DNA of 57,417 nt from a virus (lineage: Duplodnaviria > Caudoviricetes): positions 1 through 57,417 of the IMG/VR virus record IMGVR_UViG_3300022897_000003. One strand, written 5' to 3'. A model generated the notes under the pieces. That model saw nothing but the letters and a program-made list of their open reading frames with translations, searched no databases and was not told the DNA's origin. A program made the translations under genes and the position numbers. Positions 1 through 8,659 of the stretch are shown in pieces. Each line of letters starts with the position of its first letter. The stretch's first letter is position 1.

Positions 1-144
1 CTGGTCCGTCAGGACCACGTAGAGCGCGAGCAGGTAGGCATTCAGCGCTACGGAACCGCCCTACAGGCGCACAACGGCCGCGACGCGCTCGTCGACGCCT
101 ACCAGGAAGCGCTCGACCTCGCCTGCTACGTCCGGCAGGCCATC
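1..144. repeat. Left copy of 144-bp terminal overlap (circular assembly)
   Basis: Matches 57274-57417 except A17/T57290 and A137/C57410; lies inside a continuous ORF. Confidence 0.95.
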
Positions 145-465
145 GAGGAGAGCGCGCCGGCCGGCCCGACCATGCTGGTGCTGTCCGAGGTCGTCAGCGA
201 GCGCCAGGCACAGGACGCGAGGTGGGGCGAGCAGAACCACCCCGACGGCACCGGCCGGCGTCCCGGCAAGGCGCTGGCCCCAACTGCACGGTTGGCCACC
301 GAGATCGCCTCCAGGGAAGGCGCCGTCACCTGGGCCCACATCCTGCGCGAAGAGGTCTACGAGGCGCTGGACGAGGCAGACCCGGTCAAGCTACGCGCCG
401 AGCTGATCCAGGTGGCTGCAGTGGCGACCGCCTGGATCGAGGCCATCGATCGGCGGTTCGCGTGA
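1..465 (+). CDS. 3' part of a gene spanning the circular junction (starts 57214); tandem MazG-like/all-alpha NTP-PPase-like domains
   Basis: Open from GTG 57214 through the junction into ORF 172-465; motifs YGTALQAHNGRDALVDAYQEALDLACY and WGEQNHPDG...EEVYEA...ELIQVAAVATAW. Confidence 0.65.
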   Translation: MVRQDHVEREQVGIQRYGTALQAHNGRDALVDAYQEALDLACYVRQAIEESAPAGPTMLVLSEVVSERQAQDARWGEQNHPDGTGRRPGKALAPTARLATEIASREGAVTWAHILREEVYEALDEADPVKLRAELIQVAAVATAWIEAIDRRFA

Positions 466-827
466 GCCACTACGCCCAGGGGACGCGTTTCGAGCACAAG
501 GTCCGCGACGACCTGGCCGCGAACGGCTACGAGGTCGTCCGCGCTGCCGGCTCCAAGGGCAGCTCCAAAATCGACCTGCTGGGCATCAAGCCGGGCCAGA
601 TGCTCTTCATCCAGTGCAAGCGGACCGGCACCATCGGGCCCGACGAGTGGGACCGCGTCTACGAGGTGGCCGGCTGGGTCAGCGCGCTGCCCATCCTCGC
701 CGCCAACGGCCCGCTCGGCCGGGGCGTCACCTACGTGCTTCTGCTCGGCCCCAAGCGCCGCGGTATCCCGCTGCGCAACCAGCCTTGTCGCACCTTCCAC
801 CTCGACGAGCTGGCGGTGTCATTGTGA
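462..827 (+). CDS. Holliday junction resolvase (Hjc-like PD-(D/E)XK)
   Basis: GTRFEHKVRDDL..GYEVVRAAGSKG..IDLL...FIQCK; GTGA overlap with upstream stop. Confidence 0.75.
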   Translation: MSHYAQGTRFEHKVRDDLAANGYEVVRAAGSKGSSKIDLLGIKPGQMLFIQCKRTGTIGPDEWDRVYEVAGWVSALPILAANGPLGRGVTYVLLLGPKRRGIPLRNQPCRTFHLDELAVSL

Positions 828-1225
828 CCGATGAGCAGATCACCATCCCGAAGCTGACCGCTCAGATCCTGTTCGACGAGCTGACAAGCACTCTGGACTT
901 CGGTAGTGGGTTCCTGGATACCGAAGAAGTCGAAGCCCTGCGGGGGCTGGCCATGGCCCTCGGCGTCGACCCGCTCAAGGGCACTCCGGCCGAGTTCGTC
1001 AAGCACTACCCGCACCCGTTCAAGCCCATCGAGGACGAGCGGATGATCACGCGCATCTACAACCTGATCGAGCCTGGCGACGTCACTGCTCAGGTCGTCG
1101 GCCCCGAGCGGACTGAGGAGATCAACGCCGAGCGGCGGCCCACATTCGTGCCCTGTGGGGCCGGCGCCTATCCGTACTGCCAGAAATCCGAGAGAAATCC
1201 CATCCACGGCGCGGCGAAGTTCTGA
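824..1225 (+). CDS. hypothetical protein
   Basis: GTGA-coupled ORF with GC3-biased codons. Confidence 0.7.
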   Translation: MTDEQITIPKLTAQILFDELTSTLDFGSGFLDTEEVEALRGLAMALGVDPLKGTPAEFVKHYPHPFKPIEDERMITRIYNLIEPGDVTAQVVGPERTEEINAERRPTFVPCGAGAYPYCQKSERNPIHGAAKF

Positions 1226-1440
1226 TGGGCGCACATGACGGAAGCCAGCCGTCGCCAGCCGCCGAGGCGGCACGGGCACTGACCGACGAGGAGCTGGTGC
1301 GCGAGCTCGCCCGGCGCGGCAAGAACCCGCAGTGCTCCTGCGGCAAGTGGCAGACCTACCTCGGCCGATACGACCTGGACGGCCACACCTGGCGCTGCCG
1401 CGGATGCCTCCGCTCGATCCAGAAATGCACCTGCTCCTGA
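1225..1440 (+). CDS. small Cys-rich (zinc-finger-like) protein
   Basis: CSCG...CRGC...CTC; TGATG coupling. Confidence 0.7.
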   Translation: MGAHDGSQPSPAAEAARALTDEELVRELARRGKNPQCSCGKWQTYLGRYDLDGHTWRCRGCLRSIQKCTCS

Positions 1441-1465
1441 CCACCAGCACCACCCGAACAACGAG

Positions 1466-2464
1466 GTGACCATGCAGCAGCCCACCTGCGAGATCTGCGG
1501 CGACCCGACAGACGCCACCGTCTGCCGCCGCGAAACCCGGTCTCTCGCTGAGTACCTCACCGAGGTCATCCGTCTCGACCTCGCCGTCGAAGTGCAGACC
1601 TCCATCGCCCGGCTCGCCCAGCACGGCGAACGGGGCGGCTTCTCACCGGCGCCGGCCGAGCTGGAGGAAGACGAGGACCTGGACGACGAGCGCCGGCGCC
1701 TGCCGGTGATGACCCACGGCTGGGCGGCCCGGCTCGACAAGCCGAAGCGCGGCGCACTCCTCTCCACAGCGCTGCCGTACCTCCCCGGCATGGCTAACCG
1801 GGCGTACGCCGCGATCAACGACATCACCACGACGGCCAGGGACATCGCCGAGACCCGGCAGATCCAGGTGCTGATGCCAGGCATGATGGAAGGCCCGCTC
1901 TGCCGGGCCGGCTACGGCTGCCGGCACCAGAGCTGCGCCGTCATCCGGGGCAGGCGCGTCGACCACCCCGCGGCCCGGGCGGCGCAGTTCCTGCTCACCC
2001 AGCTCGACTGGATCCGCAAGCACGGCGATGCCGCTGCTTACGTCGACGAGCTCTCCGCCGCGGCCGCCCTGCTTGCCCGGTGCGTCGACCGCCCCCCGAC
2101 TGCCGCGTATGCCGGCCCGTGCTGGGTGAAGCTCGAGGACGGCCGCTGCGACTTCGAGCTCTACGCGCCTGAGGGTGCGTCGACGGTGAAGTGCGGCGGC
2201 TGCGGGACCGTCCACGACATGGACGCTCGCCGGCGGTGGCTGCGCGGTGAGGCCGAGGATGCCCTCGCCATCGCCGCCACGCTGGCCGCCGGCCTGTCCT
2301 CGCTGGACATGCCGGTCACCTCTTCGGCCATCCGCAACCTGGCGGCCCGCGGGCGGATCGTGGCGCACGGGCACGACCCGCACGGGCGGCCGCTCTACCG
2401 CGTCGGCGACGTCGTCGACGTCCTCATCGACCAGGCACGACGCAAGGCAGGAGCAGCAGCATGA
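1466..2464 (+). CDS. Zn-ribbon/HTH DNA-binding protein, candidate late-gene regulator
   Basis: CEIC, CGGC motifs, C-terminal SSAIRNLAARGRI...PLYRVGDV wHTH-like end; last large gene before the packaging module. Confidence 0.6.
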   Translation: MTMQQPTCEICGDPTDATVCRRETRSLAEYLTEVIRLDLAVEVQTSIARLAQHGERGGFSPAPAELEEDEDLDDERRRLPVMTHGWAARLDKPKRGALLSTALPYLPGMANRAYAAINDITTTARDIAETRQIQVLMPGMMEGPLCRAGYGCRHQSCAVIRGRRVDHPAARAAQFLLTQLDWIRKHGDAAAYVDELSAAAALLARCVDRPPTAAYAGPCWVKLEDGRCDFELYAPEGASTVKCGGCGTVHDMDARRRWLRGEAEDALAIAATLAAGLSSLDMPVTSSAIRNLAARGRIVAHGHDPHGRPLYRVGDVVDVLIDQARRKAGAAA

Positions 2465-2664
2465 GGCAATCCGACCTGCCCATCTGGGTTTGGGACATGG
2501 TCATTGAACTGGAGCACCAGCGCGACGTTCACCCACAGCTGTTGTACCAGGCCGGAGGCATGGCCAAGCCCGAGCGAGGCGCTTGAGGGCATACGCCGTG
2601 CCCTGCCGATCCTGCGCGGCGACAAGTCCGAGCAGCCGTTCTCGACGGCGGCCGGCGCGGTGAC

Positions 2665-2693
2665 TTGACAATGCTCTGACCAGGCCGGACGAT
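2665..2693 (+). promoter_or_regulatory. possible sigma70-type promoter upstream of tRNA/late region
   Basis: TTGACA-N17-GACGAT. Confidence 0.35.
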
Positions 2694-2724
2694 CATCTGC
2701 CAGTAGCACCACTGTCTTCAGACC

Positions 2725-2757
2725 CGCCCACCACAGCCTCGCTGCGGTGGGCGTTCT
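2725..2757 (+). terminator. stem-loop upstream of tRNA
   Basis: CGCCCACCACAGC-CTC-GCTGCGGTGGGCG followed by TTCT. Confidence 0.45.
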
Positions 2758-2772
2758 GCTGTCTGGTGCCGG

Positions 2773-2845
2773 TGCGCGGTGGCGCAGTTGGAAGCGCGCT
2801 GGGCTCATAACCCAGAGGTCGCCGGTTCGATCCCGGCCCGCGCCA
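2773..2845 (+). tRNA. tRNA-Met(CAT), initiator-like
   Basis: Cloverleaf: acceptor GCGCGG/CCGCGC with T1:C72 mismatch, D-stem GCGC, anticodon stem CTGGG/CCCAG with CTCATAA loop, T-arm GCCGG-TTCGATC-CCGGC; CCA not encoded. Confidence 0.92.
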
Positions 2846-2859
2846 CAAGGGGGTGGCTC

Positions 2860-3006
2860 GTGGATTTGTACGAGCGTGGCGAGATCTACTACTCCCGCAA
2901 TGCCCGCCCTCGGATGAGCCGGCGCGACTGGACCATCGCCATCGCTATGGCTTTCCCCAGCTCGCTCCTGCTGCTCCTGGCCGTGGCGGTCAAGTTGCTC
3001 GGCTGA
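2860..3006 (+). CDS. small membrane protein
   Basis: C-terminal hydrophobic helix; TGATG coupling to HNH gene. Confidence 0.45.
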   Translation: MDLYERGEIYYSRNARPRMSRRDWTIAIAMAFPSSLLLLLAVAVKLLG

Positions 3007-3368
3007 TGCGACGCCGAGCCCTGCACGTCTGCTCCTGCGTTTCCTGCCCAGCCCACCAGGGCAGCTGCCCGAAGCTGGTGGCCAAGGGCAGGTGCCCTCG
3101 CTGCAAGCAGCAGGCGGAGATTGCCCGAGGCAGCAGGCAGGACCGCGGTTACGACGCCGATCACGACAGGCTGCGCAGGAAGTGGGAGCGCAGGTTTGAG
3201 GCGCGCGAGGAGATCGACTGCCACGCCATCACCTGTCTCATGCCGCTGCGACGCATCGCGGCAGAAGCGCCGTGGGATCTCGGGCACACGCCGGACCGGA
3301 CCGCCTGGACTGGACCTGAGCACCGACTCTGCAACCGGTCAGCCGGCGGGAAGGCAGCGCACGGCTAG
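3006..3368 (+). CDS. HNH-type endonuclease (cos-packaging cofactor)
   Basis: RGYDADH...WDLGH...GPEHRLCNR; position upstream of terS. Confidence 0.8.
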   Translation: MRRRALHVCSCVSCPAHQGSCPKLVAKGRCPRCKQQAEIARGSRQDRGYDADHDRLRRKWERRFEAREEIDCHAITCLMPLRRIAAEAPWDLGHTPDRTAWTGPEHRLCNRSAGGKAAHG

Positions 3369-3553
3369 CCGATGACGGACTGCTCCCGACCACATCGGTT
3401 GCAGTCGAAGTAGGTGATCGGCACGGTGGCCCGCTGCCCATCCGTAGTCCACAGGCCTGGGCCGATCGCCTCGTTCCCACGTCCTGTGACGGTCACGTCG
3501 TCGGTCTGGCACGGGTGGCAGTAAGGCTTCGCGGTGGTGGTCTCGTCCTCCAT
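3365..3553 (-). CDS. small zinc-ribbon protein, antisense to the late operon
   Basis: CHPC...CNRC; convergent with HNH gene. Confidence 0.5.
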   Translation of the reverse strand: MEDETTTAKPYCHPCQTDDVTVTGRGNEAIGPGLWTTDGQRATVPITYFDCNRCGREQSVIG

Positions 3554-3646
3554 TGTCGGATGATCGCCAAGCCATCGCTCGATCGATCGCACACCATGTC
3601 CGTCATTTGCTGAGGCGGCGCCACGAGTGAGGGCAGGGCCAGGTAC

Positions 3647-3859
3647 GTGACGAAGGTGGACATCACCACCGCTGGCCACACCATCATCGTCGAGAGCGAC
3701 GAAGGTCTGGATATCGTCGCGGCCAAGGCGATCGAGCTATGGCGAGACACGCGCGATCCGATGCTCGGCAAGTCCTACGGAACGATGGGATTCGTGACCG
3801 AACGATCCGATGGACCGTACGTCAGCGGACATGACGTCGATCTCAGTGACTCAGCGTGA
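3647..3859 (+). CDS. hypothetical protein
   Basis: 70-aa ORF with normal codon bias. Confidence 0.6.
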   Translation: MTKVDITTAGHTIIVESDEGLDIVAAKAIELWRDTRDPMLGKSYGTMGFVTERSDGPYVSGHDVDLSDSA

Positions 3860-3905
3860 CATTGGAGGGTGGGGGGTAATCCCTAAAGCCCCAGGTCAGC
3901 AGTAC

Positions 3906-3914
3906 CGCCGGGGA
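3906..3914. other. putative cos site (CGCCGGGGA)
   Basis: Intergenic between HNH region and terS, after a G-run; resembles the CGCCGG-type 3' overhangs recalled for actinophages (not verified). Confidence 0.4.
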
Positions 3915-3973
3915 GGTGGCTCGCTGTCCAGACCCCTGAAAACCTCCCTAGACACCCCAGGAGGTAACCCATC

Positions 3974-4378
3974 GTGACTGCGACTCCGAGGGGCCTCGCG
4001 ATCGGCGGCCGTACACTGTGGAAGGCCGTCACCGACGAGCACGACCTGGACGCCGTGCAGGAGGTCCAGCTGCTCGAGGCCTGCCGCGCGAAGGACCGGC
4101 TCGACAAGCTCGACCTGGTCCTGCGCGGCGACGTCCCGAACTGGGCGGTCATCGCCGAGGACCGGCAGGGGAACCTCGAGCTGAGGATCGACGCGGCGCT
4201 TTCTCAGGCGAACGCGACGGCGAATCAGATGAAGCAGCTGCTCGCCGCTCTCCGGCTCCCCGATGAGAAGACCGGGAAGAAGCCTCAGCAGCGCGGCGGC
4301 GCCCGCGGCTCGTACAAGACCACCGCGCCGGCCAAGGTGACCTCGATGGACAAGTTCCGCGCGGCCGCCGGGGGCTAA
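3974..4378 (+). CDS. terS: terminase small subunit
   Basis: GRTLWKAV...LLEACRAKDRLDKL...QLLAALRLPD...PQQRGGARG, typical of actinophage TerS; GGAGG RBS. Confidence 0.8.
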   Translation: MTATPRGLAIGGRTLWKAVTDEHDLDAVQEVQLLEACRAKDRLDKLDLVLRGDVPNWAVIAEDRQGNLELRIDAALSQANATANQMKQLLAALRLPDEKTGKKPQQRGGARGSYKTTAPAKVTSMDKFRAAAGG

Positions 4379-4387
4379 CCGCAGCGA

Positions 4388-5434
4388 TCAACCGACCTCG
4401 TCAGAGTCAATGTAGGCGGCCGGCTCGATGACCAATGGAAGTCGCGGCTGCGGCGGAGGGAATGCTCGGTCGAAAAGCTCCTCGAACTCGCCCCGGCTGC
4501 GCGCGATCTTCATGAGAGTCGTCACTGTCGAAATCTGGCGATCGAGGTGCACGTTGCCGGTCGTGGCGGTCAGGTGCTGGTGATGCTTGCGCGGGCGGTG
4601 CCCGTTGGCGTTCTTGGGGTTCATGCGCTCAAGCTCTTCCAAGACTCCGCTGGGCAGTTGCTCGTAGATGTAGTGCTTGATCAGCTTTCCGACGTGCGGC
4701 GTTCGCTTCGAGGTGCCCGGCCGGAACTCCCAGCCCTGCAGGCGATAGATCTGGCGGAAGAACTCATCGGGGAACGTCTGAACCCATGGACGGAACTCAG
4801 CCTGAACATAAGCCTCCAAGATTTTCTGGAGCTCGTGTCGTGCCCGGACCTCCTGATAGCCCGTGGCCTCGTCGACGAGGGCGATGATGCCGACTCGGGC
4901 AAGGCCGCGGATCAGAAGCTCTGAAGCTCGGGCAGTGGCGTGCTGATTGTGCAGGAGTACCCGCTCGTGGCGGGCGTCGAGGTACACCTCGCAGACCATT
5001 GGCAGGATCTCGGCGCGGTAACCAGCGGAGCGGTGATTGGCCCCAGGCAGTCGGTACTGAACCGGCTTGGAGAGTTCGACGAGGTCCTGACTCACGAATG
5101 GCCTCAGGTTCGCGGCGCTCAAGAATGGCGGCCGCCCTTCCGTCGCATCGCGACGCCCCATCGTCGGAGCGCGCCCAAGGGCGGCCAGCACGGTTCCCTG
5201 GCTGAGAACACGTGTCCCATCGTCGAGAACCGCGCAGTCCAGTTTGACCTCGCCGATGACTAACTCGCCTTCGTGAGTCGCGACAGCCGTCGTTGTCCCC
5301 CAGCGCTTCTCTGCTGCTGCCCGAGCCGACTCAGAACGCTGCTCCGGCGTGAGTCGAGCAGCGCGCGCCTGACCGCCTTTGCTCGCACCCCGTCTTCCGA
5401 GTGCGGCCCCGACGCCTTCGTCTTTGCTAGTCAT
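4388..5434 (-). CDS. P63C-domain protein (moron inserted between terS and terL)
   Basis: ATG 5434 with GGAGG RBS; CAVLDDGTRVLSQ...GIIALVDEATGYQ...PWVQTFPDEFFRQIYRL...KHHQHLT; N-terminal GGQARAARLTPEQRSE. Confidence 0.85.
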   Translation of the reverse strand: MTSKDEGVGAALGRRGASKGGQARAARLTPEQRSESARAAAEKRWGTTTAVATHEGELVIGEVKLDCAVLDDGTRVLSQGTVLAALGRAPTMGRRDATEGRPPFLSAANLRPFVSQDLVELSKPVQYRLPGANHRSAGYRAEILPMVCEVYLDARHERVLLHNQHATARASELLIRGLARVGIIALVDEATGYQEVRARHELQKILEAYVQAEFRPWVQTFPDEFFRQIYRLQGWEFRPGTSKRTPHVGKLIKHYIYEQLPSGVLEELERMNPKNANGHRPRKHHQHLTATTGNVHLDRQISTVTTLMKIARSRGEFEELFDRAFPPPQPRLPLVIEPAAYIDSDEVG

Positions 5435-5611
5435 TCCATACCTCCCTCTCTGCCGACCAGGGAACCGTATGCCTGCCCGCGCACGCATACAAGTATCGAC
5501 ACGCGAACGGGTGGCCCGCTCGGCATCGTTCCTGCAGGCCACTAGGCAAGTGGGCCGAATTTTATGGAACCTCGCTCGGCGTGCCTGCCCGCGCAGGCAA
5601 GCGAGGTAATT

Positions 5612-7207
5612 GTGCCCTTCAAGCCCCTGTGGGAGGGCCAGCCGGCGTCGCTGGGCTTCATCGTCGCCGACTGGATCACCGAGTACTGCTGCCACGGCCC
5701 GGGCGACATCGCCGGCGACCCGATCGACCTGGATGCCGAGTGGCTGACGTTCCTGGTCGAGGCGTACCGGATCGACGAGGTCACCGGCCGGCGGGTCTAC
5801 GACGAGGCGGTGCTGAGCCGGCCAAAGGGAAGGGCCAAGTCGGAGCTCGCCGGCTGGGTCGGCACCGCGGAGGCCCTCGGCCCGGTCCGCTTCGACGGCT
5901 GGGACGCGGACGGCCAGCCGGTCGGCCGGCCGGTGAAGACCCCGCTGCTGAAGTGCCTCGCGACCGAGGAGTCGCAGGCCGGCAACACCTTCGAGAACAT
6001 CGCTTATATCTGCGGCGAGTGGGGCAAGGACAACCACCCTGAGATCTACGGCGGCGTCTCCGGCGCCCGCAACTACCAGTCGGCGACCGCGCTCTATCTG
6101 CCCCACGGCGGCGAGATCCGCGCGTGCACGTCCGGCTCGGCGTCGAAGGACGGCGGCAAGGAGACCTGGGTCTGCGCCGACGAGACCCACCTCTACGTGC
6201 TGCGCGAGCTCAAGAGCATGTACGGGACCGTCAGCCGCAACCTCGGCAAGCGTGACCAGCCGTGGCTGATGCAGACGTCGACGGCGTACCGCCCGGGCGA
6301 GCAGAGCGTCTTCGAGGACACTCTGACCGCCTGGAAGAAGGGCGAGCTCAGCTCGTCGGTCCTGATGGACCACCGCGAGGCCAAGGGCCGCATCGACCTT
6401 GAGGACGAGAAGCACACCAAGACCCAGCTCCGGCAGGTGTACGGCGAGGCCGCGGCCTGGCTCGACCTGGACCGGATCTACCGCAACATGCGCGACCCGC
6501 GGATCTGCGCCGACGACGCCGAAGCCGCCCGCTACTACCTGAACCGGCCGCTGAGCACCAAGGACGCCTGGATCGCCCTCGACGTCGTCGAGCGCCAGGC
6601 GCGCGCCGAGGTGGTCGAGCCGGGCACCGCGATCGCGCTGGGCTTCGACGGCTCGCTGAACGACGACAGCACGGTCCTGATCGGATGCCGGATGTCCGAT
6701 GGCTTCCTCTTCCCGATCGGGATCTGGGCGAAGCCGACCGGCCCCGAAGGCAACTGGTGGGAAGTGCCCCGCAAAGAGGTCCTCGCCCGGATCCGCGAGG
6801 CCTTCGCCCGCTACACGGTGTCCCGGCTCTACGCCGACCCGCACGAGTGGCGCACCGACATCGACACGCTCGCCGAGCAGCTGGACGACGACGAGGACGA
6901 CCCCCGGGTGATCGCCTGGGAGACCCGGCGCGACGTGCAGATGGCGGCCGCGCTGGACCGGCTGCATGCCGATCTGAGGAACGGCGTCGCCTGGCACTCG
7001 GGCGACCCGGTCGTGATCGAGCACTTCGGCAACGCGTACATGCGGCGCAAGGGCGGCCATCGCCTGGTCCGCAAGGAGCATGAGCAGTCCAACCGCAAGA
7101 TCGACAGCGTGGTCGGTGCGGCCCTCGCTTACGAGGCCCGCGCTGACGCCCTGGCCGACGGCTGGAACGACGAGCCCGAAGACAACACTGTGTTCGTCTT
7201 CCGGTAG
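5612..7207 (+). CDS. terL: terminase large subunit
   Basis: Walker A-like SRPKGRAKS, Walker B CADETH, nuclease GFDGS..D, KIDSVV. Confidence 0.95.
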   Translation: MPFKPLWEGQPASLGFIVADWITEYCCHGPGDIAGDPIDLDAEWLTFLVEAYRIDEVTGRRVYDEAVLSRPKGRAKSELAGWVGTAEALGPVRFDGWDADGQPVGRPVKTPLLKCLATEESQAGNTFENIAYICGEWGKDNHPEIYGGVSGARNYQSATALYLPHGGEIRACTSGSASKDGGKETWVCADETHLYVLRELKSMYGTVSRNLGKRDQPWLMQTSTAYRPGEQSVFEDTLTAWKKGELSSSVLMDHREAKGRIDLEDEKHTKTQLRQVYGEAAAWLDLDRIYRNMRDPRICADDAEAARYYLNRPLSTKDAWIALDVVERQARAEVVEPGTAIALGFDGSLNDDSTVLIGCRMSDGFLFPIGIWAKPTGPEGNWWEVPRKEVLARIREAFARYTVSRLYADPHEWRTDIDTLAEQLDDDEDDPRVIAWETRRDVQMAAALDRLHADLRNGVAWHSGDPVVIEHFGNAYMRRKGGHRLVRKEHEQSNRKIDSVVGAALAYEARADALADGWNDEPEDNTVFVFR

Positions 7208-7222
7208 CCGAGAGGGGGTCTT

Positions 7223-8659
7223 GTGGCCCTCTCGGACAACGAGAAGACGCTGCTCAACCGCCTGCAGATCAAGGTTTTGCGCGCCGAGCGGCAGAATCGG
7301 GTCCTTGAGGCCTACTACGAGGGCGAACAGCGCGTCGAGCAGCTGGGCCTGGCGATTCCGCCGGAACTGCGCCGCTTCCTGACGATCGCGGCCTGGCCGG
7401 GCACGTACGCGGACGAGATCGCGGGACGGAGCACCCTGGAGGGCTTCGAGCTGCCGGACGCTACGGAGGCGGACGAGGAGCTGTGGCGGATCTGGCAGGC
7501 GAACGGTTTGGACGCGGAGTCCAAGATGGGCCAGCTGGACGCCATCGTGCGCGGCAACAGCTTCGTCGTGGTCGGCGCCGGCGACGCGGACACCCCGGAC
7601 GCCCCGTCTGTCGAGGGTGGTGACGACGATCGAGAGCGGTCGGCGGACCTTCCGCTGATCTCGGTGGAGTCGTCTGACGAGATGGCCGTGGAGCTGTCCC
7701 CGCGGACCCGGCAGCCGATCGCAGCGGCGAAGTTCTATGCCCAGGACGGCGTCCAGCACGCCACGCTCTACCTGCCAGAAGTGACCATCTGGCTGGAGCG
7801 GCACAACGCGGTCTGGGCCGAGATCGACCGCGACGAGCACGAACTCGGCGTGGTTCCGGTCGTGCCGCTGGTAAACCGCGCGCGCCTGTCGAAGCGTGAC
7901 GGCCGATCGATCTTCACCCGGATCGTGGGGCTGACCGACGCGGCGGCCCGGGCGCTGACGAACGGGCAGGTCGCAACGGAGGCGCTGGCGGTCCCGCAGC
8001 GGTATGCGGCCGGCCTGAAACTCGAGGACTTCAAGGACCGCAAGACCGGCGAACCCATCCCCACCTGGGAGGCGTACTTCGGTGCCGTCTGGACCTCGGG
8101 GAACACCGATGCCAAGTTCGGTAGCTTCTCCGCCGCTGACCTGGCGAACTTCGACACGATCGTCAGCCTCTACGCGAAGCTCGTGTCCGGGGTGTCCGGG
8201 CTGCCGCTGCGCTACCTCGGTCAGGCCACGACCAACCCGCCGTCGGCGGAAGGCATCCTGGCCGACGAGTCGCGGGTGATCAAGCAGGTCGAGGACTTCC
8301 AGACCGCGCTTGAGGCGTCGTGGGAGCGGGTCATGAAGATCGCGGTCCGGATTCGTGACGGCGCCTGGGATCCGCGAATGGAGCAGCTCGAGACTCAGTG
8401 GCGGTCGGCGGCCACTCCGACGAAGGCTCAGGCGGCTGACTATGCCGTGAAGCTCGTGCAGCAGGAAATCATTCCGCGAGAGGCCGCCTGGGTGGATCTG
8501 GGCTACTCGGCGGCCCGGCGCAAGAAGCTCGCCGAGCAGTTCGAGGCGCAGGATGCCCGGAACCCGGTCGCCCGGATCGCAGCCCGGCTGGAGCCGCCGC
8601 AGGTCAACGACCCGGCGGCCAGCGACCAGACTGAGCCGGCTGGTGCGGGCGCTCGCTGA
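7223..8659 (+). CDS. portal protein (SPP1 gp6-like)
   Basis: YYEGEQ, LWRIWQANGLD, VPVVPLVNR, NPPSAE; follows terL. Confidence 0.92.
   Translation: MALSDNEKTLLNRLQIKVLRAERQNRVLEAYYEGEQRVEQLGLAIPPELRRFLTIAAWPGTYADEIAGRSTLEGFELPDATEADEELWRIWQANGLDAESKMGQLDAIVRGNSFVVVGAGDADTPDAPSVEGGDDDRERSADLPLISVESSDEMAVELSPRTRQPIAAAKFYAQDGVQHATLYLPEVTIWLERHNAVWAEIDRDEHELGVVPVVPLVNRARLSKRDGRSIFTRIVGLTDAAARALTNGQVATEALAVPQRYAAGLKLEDFKDRKTGEPIPTWEAYFGAVWTSGNTDAKFGSFSAADLANFDTIVSLYAKLVSGVSGLPLRYLGQATTNPPSAEGILADESRVIKQVEDFQTALEASWERVMKIAVRIRDGAWDPRMEQLETQWRSAATPTKAQAADYAVKLVQQEIIPREAAWVDLGYSAARRKKLAEQFEAQDARNPVARIAARLEPPQVNDPAASDQTEPAGAGAR

Noticed and set aside
1-144. Terminal direct repeat as a biological DTR or attL/attR
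   Set aside because: It falls in the middle of a gene, mismatches sit near contig ends, and attP is intact elsewhere; best explained as assembly overlap of a circle.
2779-2859. N-terminal extension MAQLEARWAHNPEVAGS of ORF 2779-3006
   Set aside because: It is a translation of the tRNA gene.
3892-3899. CAGGTCAG/CTGACCTG motif recurring near cos, clt and the immunity region as a host-factor site
   Set aside because: Similar short words also occur within coding regions; enrichment cannot be shown without counting.
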